Positions 21,420-31,718 of a stretch of 64,000 nucleotides of DNA are shown piece after piece; positions within the stretch are counted from its first letter, which is position 1, and the number at the start of each line of letters is the position of its first letter. The notes beneath the pieces were generated by a model. That model was not told the origin of the DNA, did not search any database, and was given only the letters and a program-made list of their open reading frames with translations. A program made the translations under genes and the position numbers. The stretch lies in assembly GCA_038733315.1 (NCBI GenBank), contig JAVYPJ010000001.1, positions 231,863-295,862 on the forward strand, given 5' to 3'. The stretch is from Candidatus Aenigmatarchaeota archaeon. GTDB lineage: Archaea > Aenigmatarchaeota > Aenigmatarchaeia > CG10238-14 > SpSt-28.

Positions 21420-21455
21420 AAAATCTATAATTTTCGTCGAAAACGCTAATAAATA

Positions 21456-22706
21456 TTATCTCTTCACTTTTTGTCTAGTTTCTTTATAGTTAACGATAGG
21501 CGAAGGATATCCTGGTATTTTATAAGTTATGGGATCGTGTAAATAAATACAAGGGACATCTTTTAATTCTGGTATATAAGTTTTGATGTATTCACATTTC
21601 GGATCTAATTCTTTGGATTGTTTAACTGGGTTAAAAATTCTTATAGCATAATCTGTTCCTACAGAAGCTACCCATTGCCAATTTCCAACGTTTACAACTT
21701 CGTCATAATCTATAAGATGCTTACTGAAGAATTTTTCTCCTAAACGCCAATCTCCTCCTAAATCTTTTGTGAAGAAGCTAGCTAGTAGCATTCTAAGTCT
21801 GTTGTGAATCCATTTTTCTGATTTTAATTGTCTTATAGCAGCATCAATAATAGGATATCCAGTTTCTCCATTATAAAAAGCATGTAGATGCGAATTTTCC
21901 CATTTTATATTTCTTCTATCTTCTCTAAGCTCTAAGTTGTTCATATACGGATATAAATTTTTTAATGCATACCAATATTCTCTCCAAGCAAGTTCTCTTA
22001 TAAAATCTTCACTAATTTTGCCTAAATTATAAATGTGGCGTATCGATAATATACCAAATCTAATATATGGAGATAAGCGTGTAGATCCATTTAAAAATTT
22101 TCTTAATTCTTTATACTTTGAAAAATCGTACTTCAAAACTTTTTCTGCATCGTATGCATTAAATTTATTAATTTCGTATTTTAACTTCTTAGTTGCTTCT
22201 TGCCAAGTTGGTTCTTCTTTTGGATTAAGAAATTTAACGTTAAATTTCTGAATAATTTCTAAATCTAGGTTTTCTTTCCATTTTTTATAAAAACTTGAAA
22301 AGTACCAAAAATTTTTTATTTTTCTAAAATCAGCTAAAAAATTATCGAAGACTTTTATAAATCTTACTTTTTTATTAATAGCTAGCGTTTCAACTTTTTT
22401 TAATCTTTCTTCTCCACTCCAAGTAAAAGCCTCAGCTGTAACAATTGCTTTTGGTTTATATTTTTCTATTAGATAATCAAAAATTTCTAAAGTCTTACCT
22501 ACGTAAACTTTTAGTGGAATTTCTTCGGAAAGTTTTTGTAGTGCAGTTATTATAAAACCTAGTCTTAAATCGTAAGCTTCAAATTTATCGAGTATATAAG
22601 TATCTATAATAAATATTGGTAGTACTTCTCCCAATTTAGATGCTGCGTATAGAGCTCTATTATCATATACTCTAAGATCTCTTTTAAACCAAAATATGAT
22701 TGTCAT
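21456..22706 (-). CDS. phrB: Class I CPD DNA photolyase
   Basis: WFKRDLRVYDN, RLSPY, ELAWRE, GETGYPIIDA, HNRLRM, NVGNWQW. Confidence 0.92.
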   Translation of the reverse strand: MTIIFWFKRDLRVYDNRALYAASKLGEVLPIFIIDTYILDKFEAYDLRLGFIITALQKLSEEIPLKVYVGKTLEIFDYLIEKYKPKAIVTAEAFTWSGEERLKKVETLAINKKVRFIKVFDNFLADFRKIKNFWYFSSFYKKWKENLDLEIIQKFNVKFLNPKEEPTWQEATKKLKYEINKFNAYDAEKVLKYDFSKYKELRKFLNGSTRLSPYIRFGILSIRHIYNLGKISEDFIRELAWREYWYALKNLYPYMNNLELREDRRNIKWENSHLHAFYNGETGYPIIDAAIRQLKSEKWIHNRLRMLLASFFTKDLGGDWRLGEKFFSKHLIDYDEVVNVGNWQWVASVGTDYAIRIFNPVKQSKELDPKCEYIKTYIPELKDVPCIYLHDPITYKIPGYPSPIVNYKETRQKVKR

Positions 22707-22930
22707 AAAAATTTAAATTGTGTTTTAGTTATCGTTATAGGAATGTTATTTTTTATCATGGTGACTTAATTCTTGAAAAAAATTAGATTATTTAAGTGCA
22801 AAGGTTTGGATTTTTAAATATCTAATTTCTTTGTCGTGGATCTCCTAGCATTTTTCCATCTTTATAGATCCACGATAACGATCTATTTATTTTTTAATCC
22901 TAAGATATAATATTATTGAGATTTACGCGG
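22707..22930 (+). promoter_or_regulatory. CRISPR leader with 13-bp inverted repeat
   Basis: AT-rich non-coding region abutting repeat 1; TTGTCGTGGATCT (22831-22843) / AGATCCACGATAA (22866-22878). Confidence 0.75.
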
Positions 22931-25170
22931 GTTAGAATCAGACTAATGTAGGATTGAAAGTTTTTAAGCTGATTTGAACAATTTTAAAAATATCATGTTA
23001 GAATCAGACTAATGTAGGATTGAAAGTAAGCTAATGCATACGCAATAACAAGAATTTCTAATGTTAGAATCAGACTAATGTAGGATTGAAAGTTTTTTAA
23101 TTTTTTTATTTTTACGATAACCTCTTCACCTTTTTTGTTAGAATCAGACTAATGTAGGATTGAAAGCTATTTAACAAGAATTGTATTGCTTTTATTACAG
23201 CAGTTAGAATCAGACTAATGTAGGATTGAAAGATTTCTTGAATAGATTGATGAATTTGTTGTTGTGATTGATTAAATGTTTTTAAGGTTAGAATCAGACT
23301 AATGTAGGATTGAAAGATTTCTTGAATAGATTGATGAATTTGTTGTTGTGATTGATTAAATGTTTTTAAGGTTAGAATCAGACTAATGTAGGATTGAAAG
23401 TTATTAGATGTAAAAACTAAAATTGATAATGATGGGTTAGAATCAGACTAATGTAGGATTGAAAGTTAAATTTCACATATACATTAACTGGAGTTCACAT
23501 ATATTGTTAGAATCAGACTAATGTAGGATTGAAAGATTTTTTCTCTAAACTCTTTTATTTTTTCATCCTCTATTGTTAGAATCAGACTAATGTAGGATTG
23601 AAAGGCAAATACTTTATTAAATTCTGTTCCAGAAATTGAGAATTAAAATCAGACTAATGTAGGATTGAAAGTAAAATTCAGAACAGATAATAAAATGATT
23701 ATAATAAGTAAATTAAAATCAGACTAATGTAGGATTGAAAGTTTACTAATTCGTTTAGCTCATTTAACTTATTTGTTAAATTAAAATCAGACTAATGTAG
23801 GATTGAAAGTGGGCAACTTCCAGAGTAGTCTAATAGCTCAAAACCAATTAAAATCAGACTAATGTAGGATTGAAAGTTTATTAGCAACAATTTTCAGTTT
23901 AATTTTTATTTTATTAAAATCAGACTAATGTAGGATTGAAAGTCGAGGTTATGCAAAACATAAGTTCTGCTTGTATATATTAAAATCAGACTAATGTAGG
24001 ATTGAAAGGCGTTTCAGAACTAAACGGTAATAAAAAAATTGAAATATTAAAATCAGACTAATGTAGGATTGAAAGAAATTTTGATAAATTATCTAAAACG
24101 CATGTTAAAACATTATTAAAATCAGACTAATGTAGGATTGAAAGATATCTTCAATACCCTTAATTGCATTGCTCAACATTACTAAAATTAAAATCAGACT
24201 AATGTAGGATTGAAAGCTAATTATGCAATGAATAAAAACAATTTCCTAATTAATTAAAATCAGACTAATGTAGGATTGAAAGATAATTATAATTATGTCA
24301 TAACTTCCTTAAATACTTTATTAAAATCAGACTAATGTAGGATTGAAAGTTCAAATTCTGCAAACCATGCAAAAATACTTAAAATTATTAAAATCAGACT
24401 AATGTAGGATTGAAAGAATAAAAAAAGTTATGTATTTTTATTAACGCTTGATAATTAAAATCAGACTAATGTAGGATTGAAAGTTAAAACTACTCTCAAG
24501 TTTACAAAAATTTTCAACAAATTAAAATCAGACTAATGTAGGATTGAAAGTTGTATTTTTTAAGATTTGAAATTTGATTTCTATCTATTATATATTAAAA
24601 TCAGACTAATGTAGGATTGAAAGGTTTATACTATTACTTCAGAGGCGCAGTTTCAGGATATTAAAATCAGACTAATGTAGGATTGAAAGCTAGCTCTTAT
24701 TAACAAATTATAAAAATAAGAATATTATTAAAATCAGACTAATGTAGGATTGAAAGACACTAACATCAAAATTATACAAAAAACTAATATTTATTAGAAT
24801 CAGACTAATGTAGGATTGAAAGGTATATATTCTTAAAGCTTCATCCAAGTATATATCTCCAGTATTAGAATCAGACTAATGTAGGATTGAAAGGCTGAAT
24901 GCTAATACTAATCCTAATATGACAAATATTATATTAGAATCAGACTAATGTAGGATTGAAAGCTACTAAGACAAGGCTTAGTACGAGCGGCATTAGGTTT
25001 TGATTAGAATCAGACTAATGTAGGATTGAAAGAATAATGCACTTTTAATATGTAGCCACGCCAATCTTAATATTAGAATCAGACTAATGTAGGATTGAAA
25101 GTTTATATATTCTCTTTTAACATACTCAAAAATAATATATGTTAGAATCAGACTAATGTAGGATTGAAAT
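22931..25170 (+). CRISPR. CRISPR array, 33 repeats / 32 spacers; 30-bp repeat (G/A)TTA(G/A)AATCAGACTAATGTAGGATTGAAAG
   Basis: Counted directly; spacers 35-44 bp plus two identical 54-bp spacers; ATTGAAAG 3' handle; terminal repeat ends in GAAAT. Confidence 0.99.
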
Positions 25171-25244
25171 TATCTCGTTTTTATAATATAGTTTTTTGCA
25201 CTATCTCAGTATTTGGATAAGGAAACAAAATTATATTATATTTT

Positions 25245-26030
25245 ATGAGAATTCTCTTAAAATTAATATCAGAAAAAGATAGTGAATATGATTTAAAGTA
25301 TTTTCACAAATTGCAGGGTTTTATTTATAGCTTGCTTAAAGAAACTCCTTATAGTGTTTTACATGATAAGAAAGGATATAAATTTTTTTGTTTTTCTAAT
25401 ATTTTTCCTATTGGTAGATTAAAAGTGGGTGATACAAGAAATTTACTAATATCATCTCCAGATGAACTTTTTATTAGATTTTTAGAGCAAAGATTAAAAA
25501 GCTTAATGGATATAGGAAAAACAATTTATATTGGTGAAATGTCTTTCAAAATAGAAGATATAAAGCTAATAAAAATAAAATTGAGAAAAGACACTACTTT
25601 AATTAGTGCAACGCCAATTGTAATAAGAATTCCAGAAAGAAATTACGAAAAGTATAATATACCAGAAGAATATAGAAAAAAAAGATATGTTTATTGGCGT
25701 CCTATCTTTGGTTTAGAAGCTTTTAAAAAACAGCTAGAGGAAAATCTTTTTAAAAAATACAAAGAATTTTATAAAGTTGAAGTAGAAGAATTTCCTCTAT
25801 TTGAACAAGTAAAGTTTAATAAAGAAGTTTGTAGTCACGTAATTATAAATGGCATAGAACATAGAGTAATAGGAAGTATTTGGGAGTTTGTATTTAGTTA
25901 TTTGGACAAGGAACAAAAAAAGATTTTAGAGTTTGGAATTGATTGCGGATTTGGAGAAAGAAATAGCTTGGGATTTGGGTTTATTAATGCTATTAGAGTT
26001 AAAAAAAATTTAAGAATCAAAAAATTTTAA
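25245..26030 (+). CDS. cas6: Cas6 crRNA endoribonuclease
   Basis: LHD..GYKFFCFS, ISSP, G-rich loop GFGERNSLGFG. Confidence 0.95.
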   Translation: MRILLKLISEKDSEYDLKYFHKLQGFIYSLLKETPYSVLHDKKGYKFFCFSNIFPIGRLKVGDTRNLLISSPDELFIRFLEQRLKSLMDIGKTIYIGEMSFKIEDIKLIKIKLRKDTTLISATPIVIRIPERNYEKYNIPEEYRKKRYVYWRPIFGLEAFKKQLEENLFKKYKEFYKVEVEEFPLFEQVKFNKEVCSHVIINGIEHRVIGSIWEFVFSYLDKEQKKILEFGIDCGFGERNSLGFGFINAIRVKKNLRIKKF

Positions 26031-26200
26031 AATTTTTAAGTATTGCATTAGAAAGGTAACACTTTACGTTATTTTTAGAAATTGATAATTAGATGGGTTT
26101 CGTTTTATAGTGAAAAAATTTAACTAATCATGTTTATATATTATTTTTATATACTACGTAATATAGAAATCTTTTTATATTTAGATTTAAAAATTAGTTT

Positions 26201-26488
26201 ATGATATTTGAAGAAGTTTGGAATTGGGCATTTGCAGTAGGTAAGGAAATAAAAAATAAAGACGAGAAACTTTTGAGATCACTAATCTTTGAAATAAGAG
26301 GCGAAGAAACACCGGGAAGATTTTTAGAGAAGCTAGCAAACAAATTATCTGAATATAAAACAAATAGAAATATATCAATAGATATATCTTTCAAACCGGA
26401 GTTATTTAAAGAAAAATGGCATGGAGACAAGTTTTACTATATGAAAGCTGCAATTCTAAGCGCCTTAACTAATGCATTAAGAGGATAA
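26201..26488 (+). CDS. Putative Cas11/Csa5-like small subunit
   Basis: 95-aa helical protein directly upstream of cas7; called by position and size. Confidence 0.6.
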   Translation: MIFEEVWNWAFAVGKEIKNKDEKLLRSLIFEIRGEETPGRFLEKLANKLSEYKTNRNISIDISFKPELFKEKWHGDKFYYMKAAILSALTNALRG

Positions 26489-26490
26489 AC

Positions 26491-27432
26491 ATGACCAAGG
26501 TAGTACAGATATCTATACTTGGAAAAATTTCTGGTAATGTAAATGCAGACGAAGTAATAGGTACAAGAATTACTCTGAAGAAAATGTATTCTTCTGGAGG
26601 AGAAGTTTTACCATTCGTTTCAGCAAGAGCTATAAAATTTGCAATAAGAAAAGCGTTATACGAAAAGGGGTTTAAGGTAGATCCTCTGTATGTAAATCCA
26701 AATGCAAAAAGAACACGACTTAGCGATAGCGCTAAGCCACACGAATATATAGATAACGATATCTTCGGTTATATGCGAACTTTAAGAGGAGAAGAAGAAG
26801 GGGCATCATTAAAAAGGCAAGCACCAATAGCTCTTTCGTATTTTAAAGCATTAAGGGATACTCCAATAAAAGCTGAGTTTGCAGCAAAATTTCCTAGGCC
26901 ATGGGGTATACAAGAAAGCCCAGTACCTTTTGAAATAGAGGTAGCAGAGTATATTGGAAAAATAAATTGCATTATGTACGATTACATTGGTGATTTTACT
27001 TTAGATAGAAAAATAGCTGAAAGTATTAAAGATAATGAAGAGGCAAAAAAATTCTTGAAGGAAGTACCTCAAAGTATAACTCCTCAGCAAAGAAAGGAAA
27101 GAATAAAGGCTTTTTGTGAGGTATTTCTCACACCTACATACGTTCTTCCTCGTGCTACAAATTCTCTGAATATTCCAGAATATATAGCGGGCTTAGTTGT
27201 ACTCTCGGAAAAAGGACCGCTTCCAGTTTTTCAATATCTAAATTATGACTTTGAGAAAAATGAAATAGATATAGAGAGCTTAAAGAGAATGATGGAAAGG
27301 AAAGAAGTAAAAGAGAATATTAAGAAAATTTTCCTAATAGATTACAAAGGAAAGATAACCAATATACCAGACGGAATAAAAAAAGTAACTAGTGTAGATT
27401 CGGTTATCAACGAGATAGTTGATTTCCTCTAG
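26491..27432 (+). CDS. cas7: Cas7 (DevR/Cst2/Csa2-like)
   Basis: N.NADE, PFVSARAIKFAIR, DIFGYM, KRQAP. Confidence 0.9.
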   Translation: MTKVVQISILGKISGNVNADEVIGTRITLKKMYSSGGEVLPFVSARAIKFAIRKALYEKGFKVDPLYVNPNAKRTRLSDSAKPHEYIDNDIFGYMRTLRGEEEGASLKRQAPIALSYFKALRDTPIKAEFAAKFPRPWGIQESPVPFEIEVAEYIGKINCIMYDYIGDFTLDRKIAESIKDNEEAKKFLKEVPQSITPQQRKERIKAFCEVFLTPTYVLPRATNSLNIPEYIAGLVVLSEKGPLPVFQYLNYDFEKNEIDIESLKRMMERKEVKENIKKIFLIDYKGKITNIPDGIKKVTSVDSVINEIVDFL

Positions 27433-27441
27433 GTTAGCGTA

Positions 27442-28107
27442 ATGAAAGCAATTGTAGTAAGAATAGCGTTTTCTGAAGCGTTTTTTAAAGTACATTATAC
27501 TAAAACCTCTAGACTAACATATCCTATACCATTACCAACTAGTGTAGCTGGAATTTTTGGTAGTATGTTAGGTTTATCTAGGAGAGAGGCTTCTCAAAGA
27601 TTTAAAAAATACTTTTTTGGTGCTGCTCTGGTTAAGGGAGATGATTATCGTGAGGCAAGAGAAATTGCAACATATATTCTTCATAAAAAGAAAACAAAAG
27701 GCGTTGAAAATATTCATATAATTAACGAACCGACCTACTTTATTTCTATTGCTGGAGAGGATTTAGATGAAATTTATGCTAAACTGAAGAGAAATATAGA
27801 ATATCTACCTTTTGGTGGGCAAAATGATTTCTTTGCAAAAGATTGGGAAGTTTTAGAATATAAAGATACAAGCTTTTCAACGGAAATTTCGAATTATTTA
27901 CCATTAGAATGGTTTCAACCACTTCGAGCAGTTCGTTTTGAAGTATTGCCTGTAATGCACAAACTTTCTCCAAATCCTGATTTTGTTTTTATTTTAGACG
28001 GAAGAGGAAAATCTAGAAAAAAAATTTTAGTTTGTGAGGTTGAAGGGAAAAATATAGGTCTCTATAAACTAGAAGATTTTTATTGTGTTGGAGAGTGGTC
28101 GATATAA
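27442..28107 (+). CDS. cas5: Cas5
   Basis: AFFKVHY...RLTYPIPLPTSVAGIFGSMLG; PFGGQNDF. Confidence 0.9.
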   Translation: MKAIVVRIAFSEAFFKVHYTKTSRLTYPIPLPTSVAGIFGSMLGLSRREASQRFKKYFFGAALVKGDDYREAREIATYILHKKKTKGVENIHIINEPTYFISIAGEDLDEIYAKLKRNIEYLPFGGQNDFFAKDWEVLEYKDTSFSTEISNYLPLEWFQPLRAVRFEVLPVMHKLSPNPDFVFILDGRGKSRKKILVCEVEGKNIGLYKLEDFYCVGEWSI

Positions 28108-30215
28108 ATTGGGAATCCCCGTTAGAAAAAGAGAGTCATCCAAATAAGTGCCTATATTGTCATATTGATGAAGTTAAGAGAATTTTTGATAGGTTTGTGA
28201 ATTTTTTTGGTTTTTCAAAATCATCGAAAGCTTACAAAATCATAGAAAAAGTAATAGAATATCACGATACAGGTAAGCTAAATCCTGCCTGGAATTTCAA
28301 TTCAAATATTCCTCATTCAATCTATTCATGTAAATATTTTGAGCAAGCAATAAAAAAAGAAGGTAGAGAGCCTACTGAAGAAGATGCTTTAATATTGTTC
28401 TTAATTTTAAAGCATCATGGCTTGCTTAAGCCAACTACAAGATATAGTGAATATGAAGTTATAGAAGAGTTTAAAGGAGGTAGTTTAAGAAATTGGTTTT
28501 TTTCTAATTTCTCAAAAGATGAGAGAATAGAGTTGGCAGATTTATATGGAATATTTAAAATTGCTGATTGTTTATCAGCATCTAATTCTACTTTCGTACC
28601 AGAGTCTCCTTCGATTGATTATAACGAGCTAAAAAATTTTTTACCGGATATTAAAAGAAGAAAGGAGCAAGAGGAAATTCAGAAAATAAAAAGAATAGGT
28701 TTTCTTAAAGCTCCAACTGGATGGGGGAAAACTAAAGCTTCTTTACTTTATTTATTAGGGAAGGAAAATATTAGAAAATGTTTTCTTATTTTTCCAACTA
28801 TTACAGCTATTAATGAACTGTATATGGAGTTTAAAAAGTTGTGTGGGGATAAAGTTGCTAAATATTTTTATTTTTATGATGTTGAAGTGTACGAAATGCT
28901 TGAAGAAAGAGAAGCACAATTTAAGACATTTTTATCCAAATATTTTCTTAAACCATTTATTATAACTACTATTGATCAAATTTTACTCTCTTTTTTACAA
29001 ATAGGAAGCTATCATATGAGGCGAGTAATGTTTAAAAATGCAGCAATAATTCTAGATGAAGTACATTTGCTTAATGAAAGAATGTTATACATTCTTTTAC
29101 ATTTTCTCAAGCTTTACTGGAATACTTATAATCTTCACATACTATTTATGTCTGCCACATTTTCAGATGCGCTTTCCCAAGCTATTAAAGAATTTTTACC
29201 ATTAGAAATAAGTAAAAATATAGTTGAAATTAATAAATTGGAAAAATATAAAGAATTAAAAAGAATCAAGGTTAAGTTAAGATTAAGTGAACATATTGAT
29301 AGTGCTATTGAGGAAATAGCGAAAAAAGGTAAAGAGAAAAGAGTTCTTGTAATAGTAAATACCGTTGAAACTGCTGTGGCCATTAAACAAAAATTAGAAG
29401 AATATAAAGATGTGACATCAATTCTTTTACACGGTAGATTCATGTATTATTCTCGAAAAAAGAAAGAGGATATTGTTAAAAAATTTAAAAATTCATTAAA
29501 ACCACATGTTTTAGTTTCTACACAAGTTTGTGAAGTTTCTCTTGATATTTCGTATGATTATCTTTATACAGAGCTGGCACCTTTTCCTTCTCTCATTCAA
29601 AGGTTTGGACGTGTTAACAGAAGCGGTAAAGAAGCAATTGAATATAATGTTTTCATTTTTAGGCCAAAAATTAAAGATGAAGAAAAATATCCTTATGAGA
29701 AAGAAAAATTGGATGAGGCAGAAGATTGTTTAAAAAGAGTTGAAGATTTTAAAAACGAATGGGAATTGATCCGAGTTTTTAATGAGTTAGAAAGTAAGGA
29801 GAAATTGGAACAAAATCTTAAAAAGGCGGAGCGCGATATTAACTTAACTAGATTCGAAGGTGTAACTGGATTGTTCTTTTCACCAGATTTGAAAGAAAAC
29901 GAAATTAAAAAAATATTAACATATAGAGAAGACTTTACAACACTTATTATACCTTGTAAAGATTTGATTGTAGGAGATAAAGCTGATAAGATTAGGGCTG
30001 AAATAGATGATATTCTTACTAAATTAAATGAAAAAGGTGATTTAAAGTTATATGCAAAATTGAAGGGATTTGCGGTAAATGTACCTTTTTTTGTTATATT
30101 AAAAGGAAGTATTGAAAAAAATAAGGGGATACCAATTGTAAAAGAAATAAAAGATTTTGTTTATGATACAAGGTATGGATTTATTAGTGAAAAGCTATTA
30201 AAAAATTTAATATGA
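28095..30215 (+). CDS. cas3: Cas3 with fused N-terminal HD nuclease
   Basis: H..HDTGK..H..HH..AD..SAS; APTGWGKT, DEVH, MSAT, LHGR, QRFGRVNR; GTG start at 28095 after GGAGA. Confidence 0.95.
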   Translation: MVDINWESPLEKESHPNKCLYCHIDEVKRIFDRFVNFFGFSKSSKAYKIIEKVIEYHDTGKLNPAWNFNSNIPHSIYSCKYFEQAIKKEGREPTEEDALILFLILKHHGLLKPTTRYSEYEVIEEFKGGSLRNWFFSNFSKDERIELADLYGIFKIADCLSASNSTFVPESPSIDYNELKNFLPDIKRRKEQEEIQKIKRIGFLKAPTGWGKTKASLLYLLGKENIRKCFLIFPTITAINELYMEFKKLCGDKVAKYFYFYDVEVYEMLEEREAQFKTFLSKYFLKPFIITTIDQILLSFLQIGSYHMRRVMFKNAAIILDEVHLLNERMLYILLHFLKLYWNTYNLHILFMSATFSDALSQAIKEFLPLEISKNIVEINKLEKYKELKRIKVKLRLSEHIDSAIEEIAKKGKEKRVLVIVNTVETAVAIKQKLEEYKDVTSILLHGRFMYYSRKKKEDIVKKFKNSLKPHVLVSTQVCEVSLDISYDYLYTELAPFPSLIQRFGRVNRSGKEAIEYNVFIFRPKIKDEEKYPYEKEKLDEAEDCLKRVEDFKNEWELIRVFNELESKEKLEQNLKKAERDINLTRFEGVTGLFFSPDLKENEIKKILTYREDFTTLIIPCKDLIVGDKADKIRAEIDDILTKLNEKGDLKLYAKLKGFAVNVPFFVILKGSIEKNKGIPIVKEIKDFVYDTRYGFISEKLLKNLI

Positions 30216-31198
30216 AGTGGAAGAAAGAAATAAAAAATTTCGTATTTTGGAGAGAGAATGAGGTATTCTTAGTAAATATTAATTATCTTCTTTCTATAGC
30301 AAATTGGTTTCCCAATTTTTTTCCTAAAAATCCAAAAAGTGGGTTTGGAAAAGAAAGGTCTCAACTTCGAGCAGAAATAAAGAATGAAATTGATGAGGAA
30401 AAAAGAAGAGAGAAATTTTTAGAATTATTAGAATGTCTGACCAGACAAATAAGTGAAAAGGGATATTCTTCGTTACTTTATCCAACTATAATAACAGAGC
30501 CCAACTTATTTTTAGGAAGTGAAAAATTACCAGAAGAGGAAGAAATATGGAAAACTATTTATTTAGTTTATTGCTATTCTTTAAAAATAGGAAATTCTAT
30601 TATAACCTTTGATAATATTTCGGAGGAAAGTAAACAAAAATTTTGGCGATTACTTATTAGCGAAAAAATTGTAACGCAAAAGGTTGATCTTTCTCCTGTT
30701 AAAAATACACTTAAGGTTCGTTTGAATTCTAATGATAAATTTTTTGTAACACTCTCTTTGCTGGCTTATTGGATTAAAAAATTTAGTGAAAACGAAGAAA
30801 ATTCTTCTCAAGGTCTTTGGTCAAAATTTATTTCTAAATTAGGATGGTCAGATGTCTCTTCATTGATAATTTTTACTAGAGAAGAGAAAAGCGGAAAAGC
30901 TGCCTATTATGCCTTTCCACGTTTTTCAAAAATTATTTTGAAGTGGTTTGATTCGAATATGAGTTTACTTAGGTTTTTGAATTCTCTTACTAATATAAGA
31001 GGCATAAATGAAGAAAAATTGAATTTGATTAGAAAAGAAAGGGAAAAATTGATTTACAACTTATTTAAGTACAATGAGATAAATGGGGAAATACTTTCTT
31101 CTTGTGTTAATATAAAAATTTTCTATGAACTTAAAGCAAGAAAAGAACGAATTAGAGGATTTGATAAAGCAAAAGACTTTTTCTCCAAACTTGGATGA
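30212..31198 (+). CDS. Putative Cas8 (Cas8a-like) large subunit, divergent
   Basis: Lies between cas3 and cas4 with coupled start/stop; FPN and YP..I..PN motifs; no other cas8 candidate in the locus. Confidence 0.6.
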   Translation: MKWKKEIKNFVFWRENEVFLVNINYLLSIANWFPNFFPKNPKSGFGKERSQLRAEIKNEIDEEKRREKFLELLECLTRQISEKGYSSLLYPTIITEPNLFLGSEKLPEEEEIWKTIYLVYCYSLKIGNSIITFDNISEESKQKFWRLLISEKIVTQKVDLSPVKNTLKVRLNSNDKFFVTLSLLAYWIKKFSENEENSSQGLWSKFISKLGWSDVSSLIIFTREEKSGKAAYYAFPRFSKIILKWFDSNMSLLRFLNSLTNIRGINEEKLNLIRKEREKLIYNLFKYNEINGEILSSCVNIKIFYELKARKERIRGFDKAKDFFSKLG

Positions 31199-31718
31199 AA
31201 TAATAGAAGAAAAAGCTTTATTTACTGGGGTGCAAATAAATTATTTTATTCATTGCAAAACACAACTTTGGTACTTCTCTCATCATATTACACAAGAACA
31301 TGAATCAGAACTTGTAATTTTAGGAAGAATATTACATGAAACTACATTCGAAGATATAAAAAAAGACATAGTTATAGATTGGAGAATATCCATAGATTTT
31401 ATTAAAAATAAAGATCAAATTATAATTCATGATATCAAGAAGTCATCTAAATTTTGGAGGGCTCACTACTATCAAATGCTCTATTATTTATATTATCTTA
31501 AGTATGAAAAAGGGATAGAAAATGTAAGGGGAATAATAAATTATCCTTCTGAAAAAAGAGTCGTTGAAGTTAACTTAACTCCAGAAAAAGAAATTGAGTT
31601 ACAAAAAATCTTTCAAGAAATTAAAAGAATCGTTTCTTTACCAAAACCTCCAAAGCCAGAAAAGAAAAAATATTGTAGAAAATGTAGTTATTTTGAGCTA
31701 TGTTGGATAAATAAATAA
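31125..31718 (+). CDS. cas4: Cas4 (start may be TTG 31191)
   Basis: INYFIHCKTQLW, IDF..HDIKKS, Q..YY, CRKCSYFELC. Confidence 0.95.
   Translation: MNLKQEKNELEDLIKQKTFSPNLDEIIEEKALFTGVQINYFIHCKTQLWYFSHHITQEHESELVILGRILHETTFEDIKKDIVIDWRISIDFIKNKDQIIIHDIKKSSKFWRAHYYQMLYYLYYLKYEKGIENVRGIINYPSEKRVVEVNLTPEKEIELQKIFQEIKRIVSLPKPPKPEKKKYCRKCSYFELCWINK

Noticed and set aside
23810..23846. Spacer 13 sharing TGGGCAACT with ~63815
   Set aside because: Only 9 nt; no self-targeting spacer was seen by eye, although an exhaustive search was not possible.
25171..25244. Possible 34th degenerate repeat after the array
   Set aside because: Similarity is limited to TCAG and GAAA, which is chance level.
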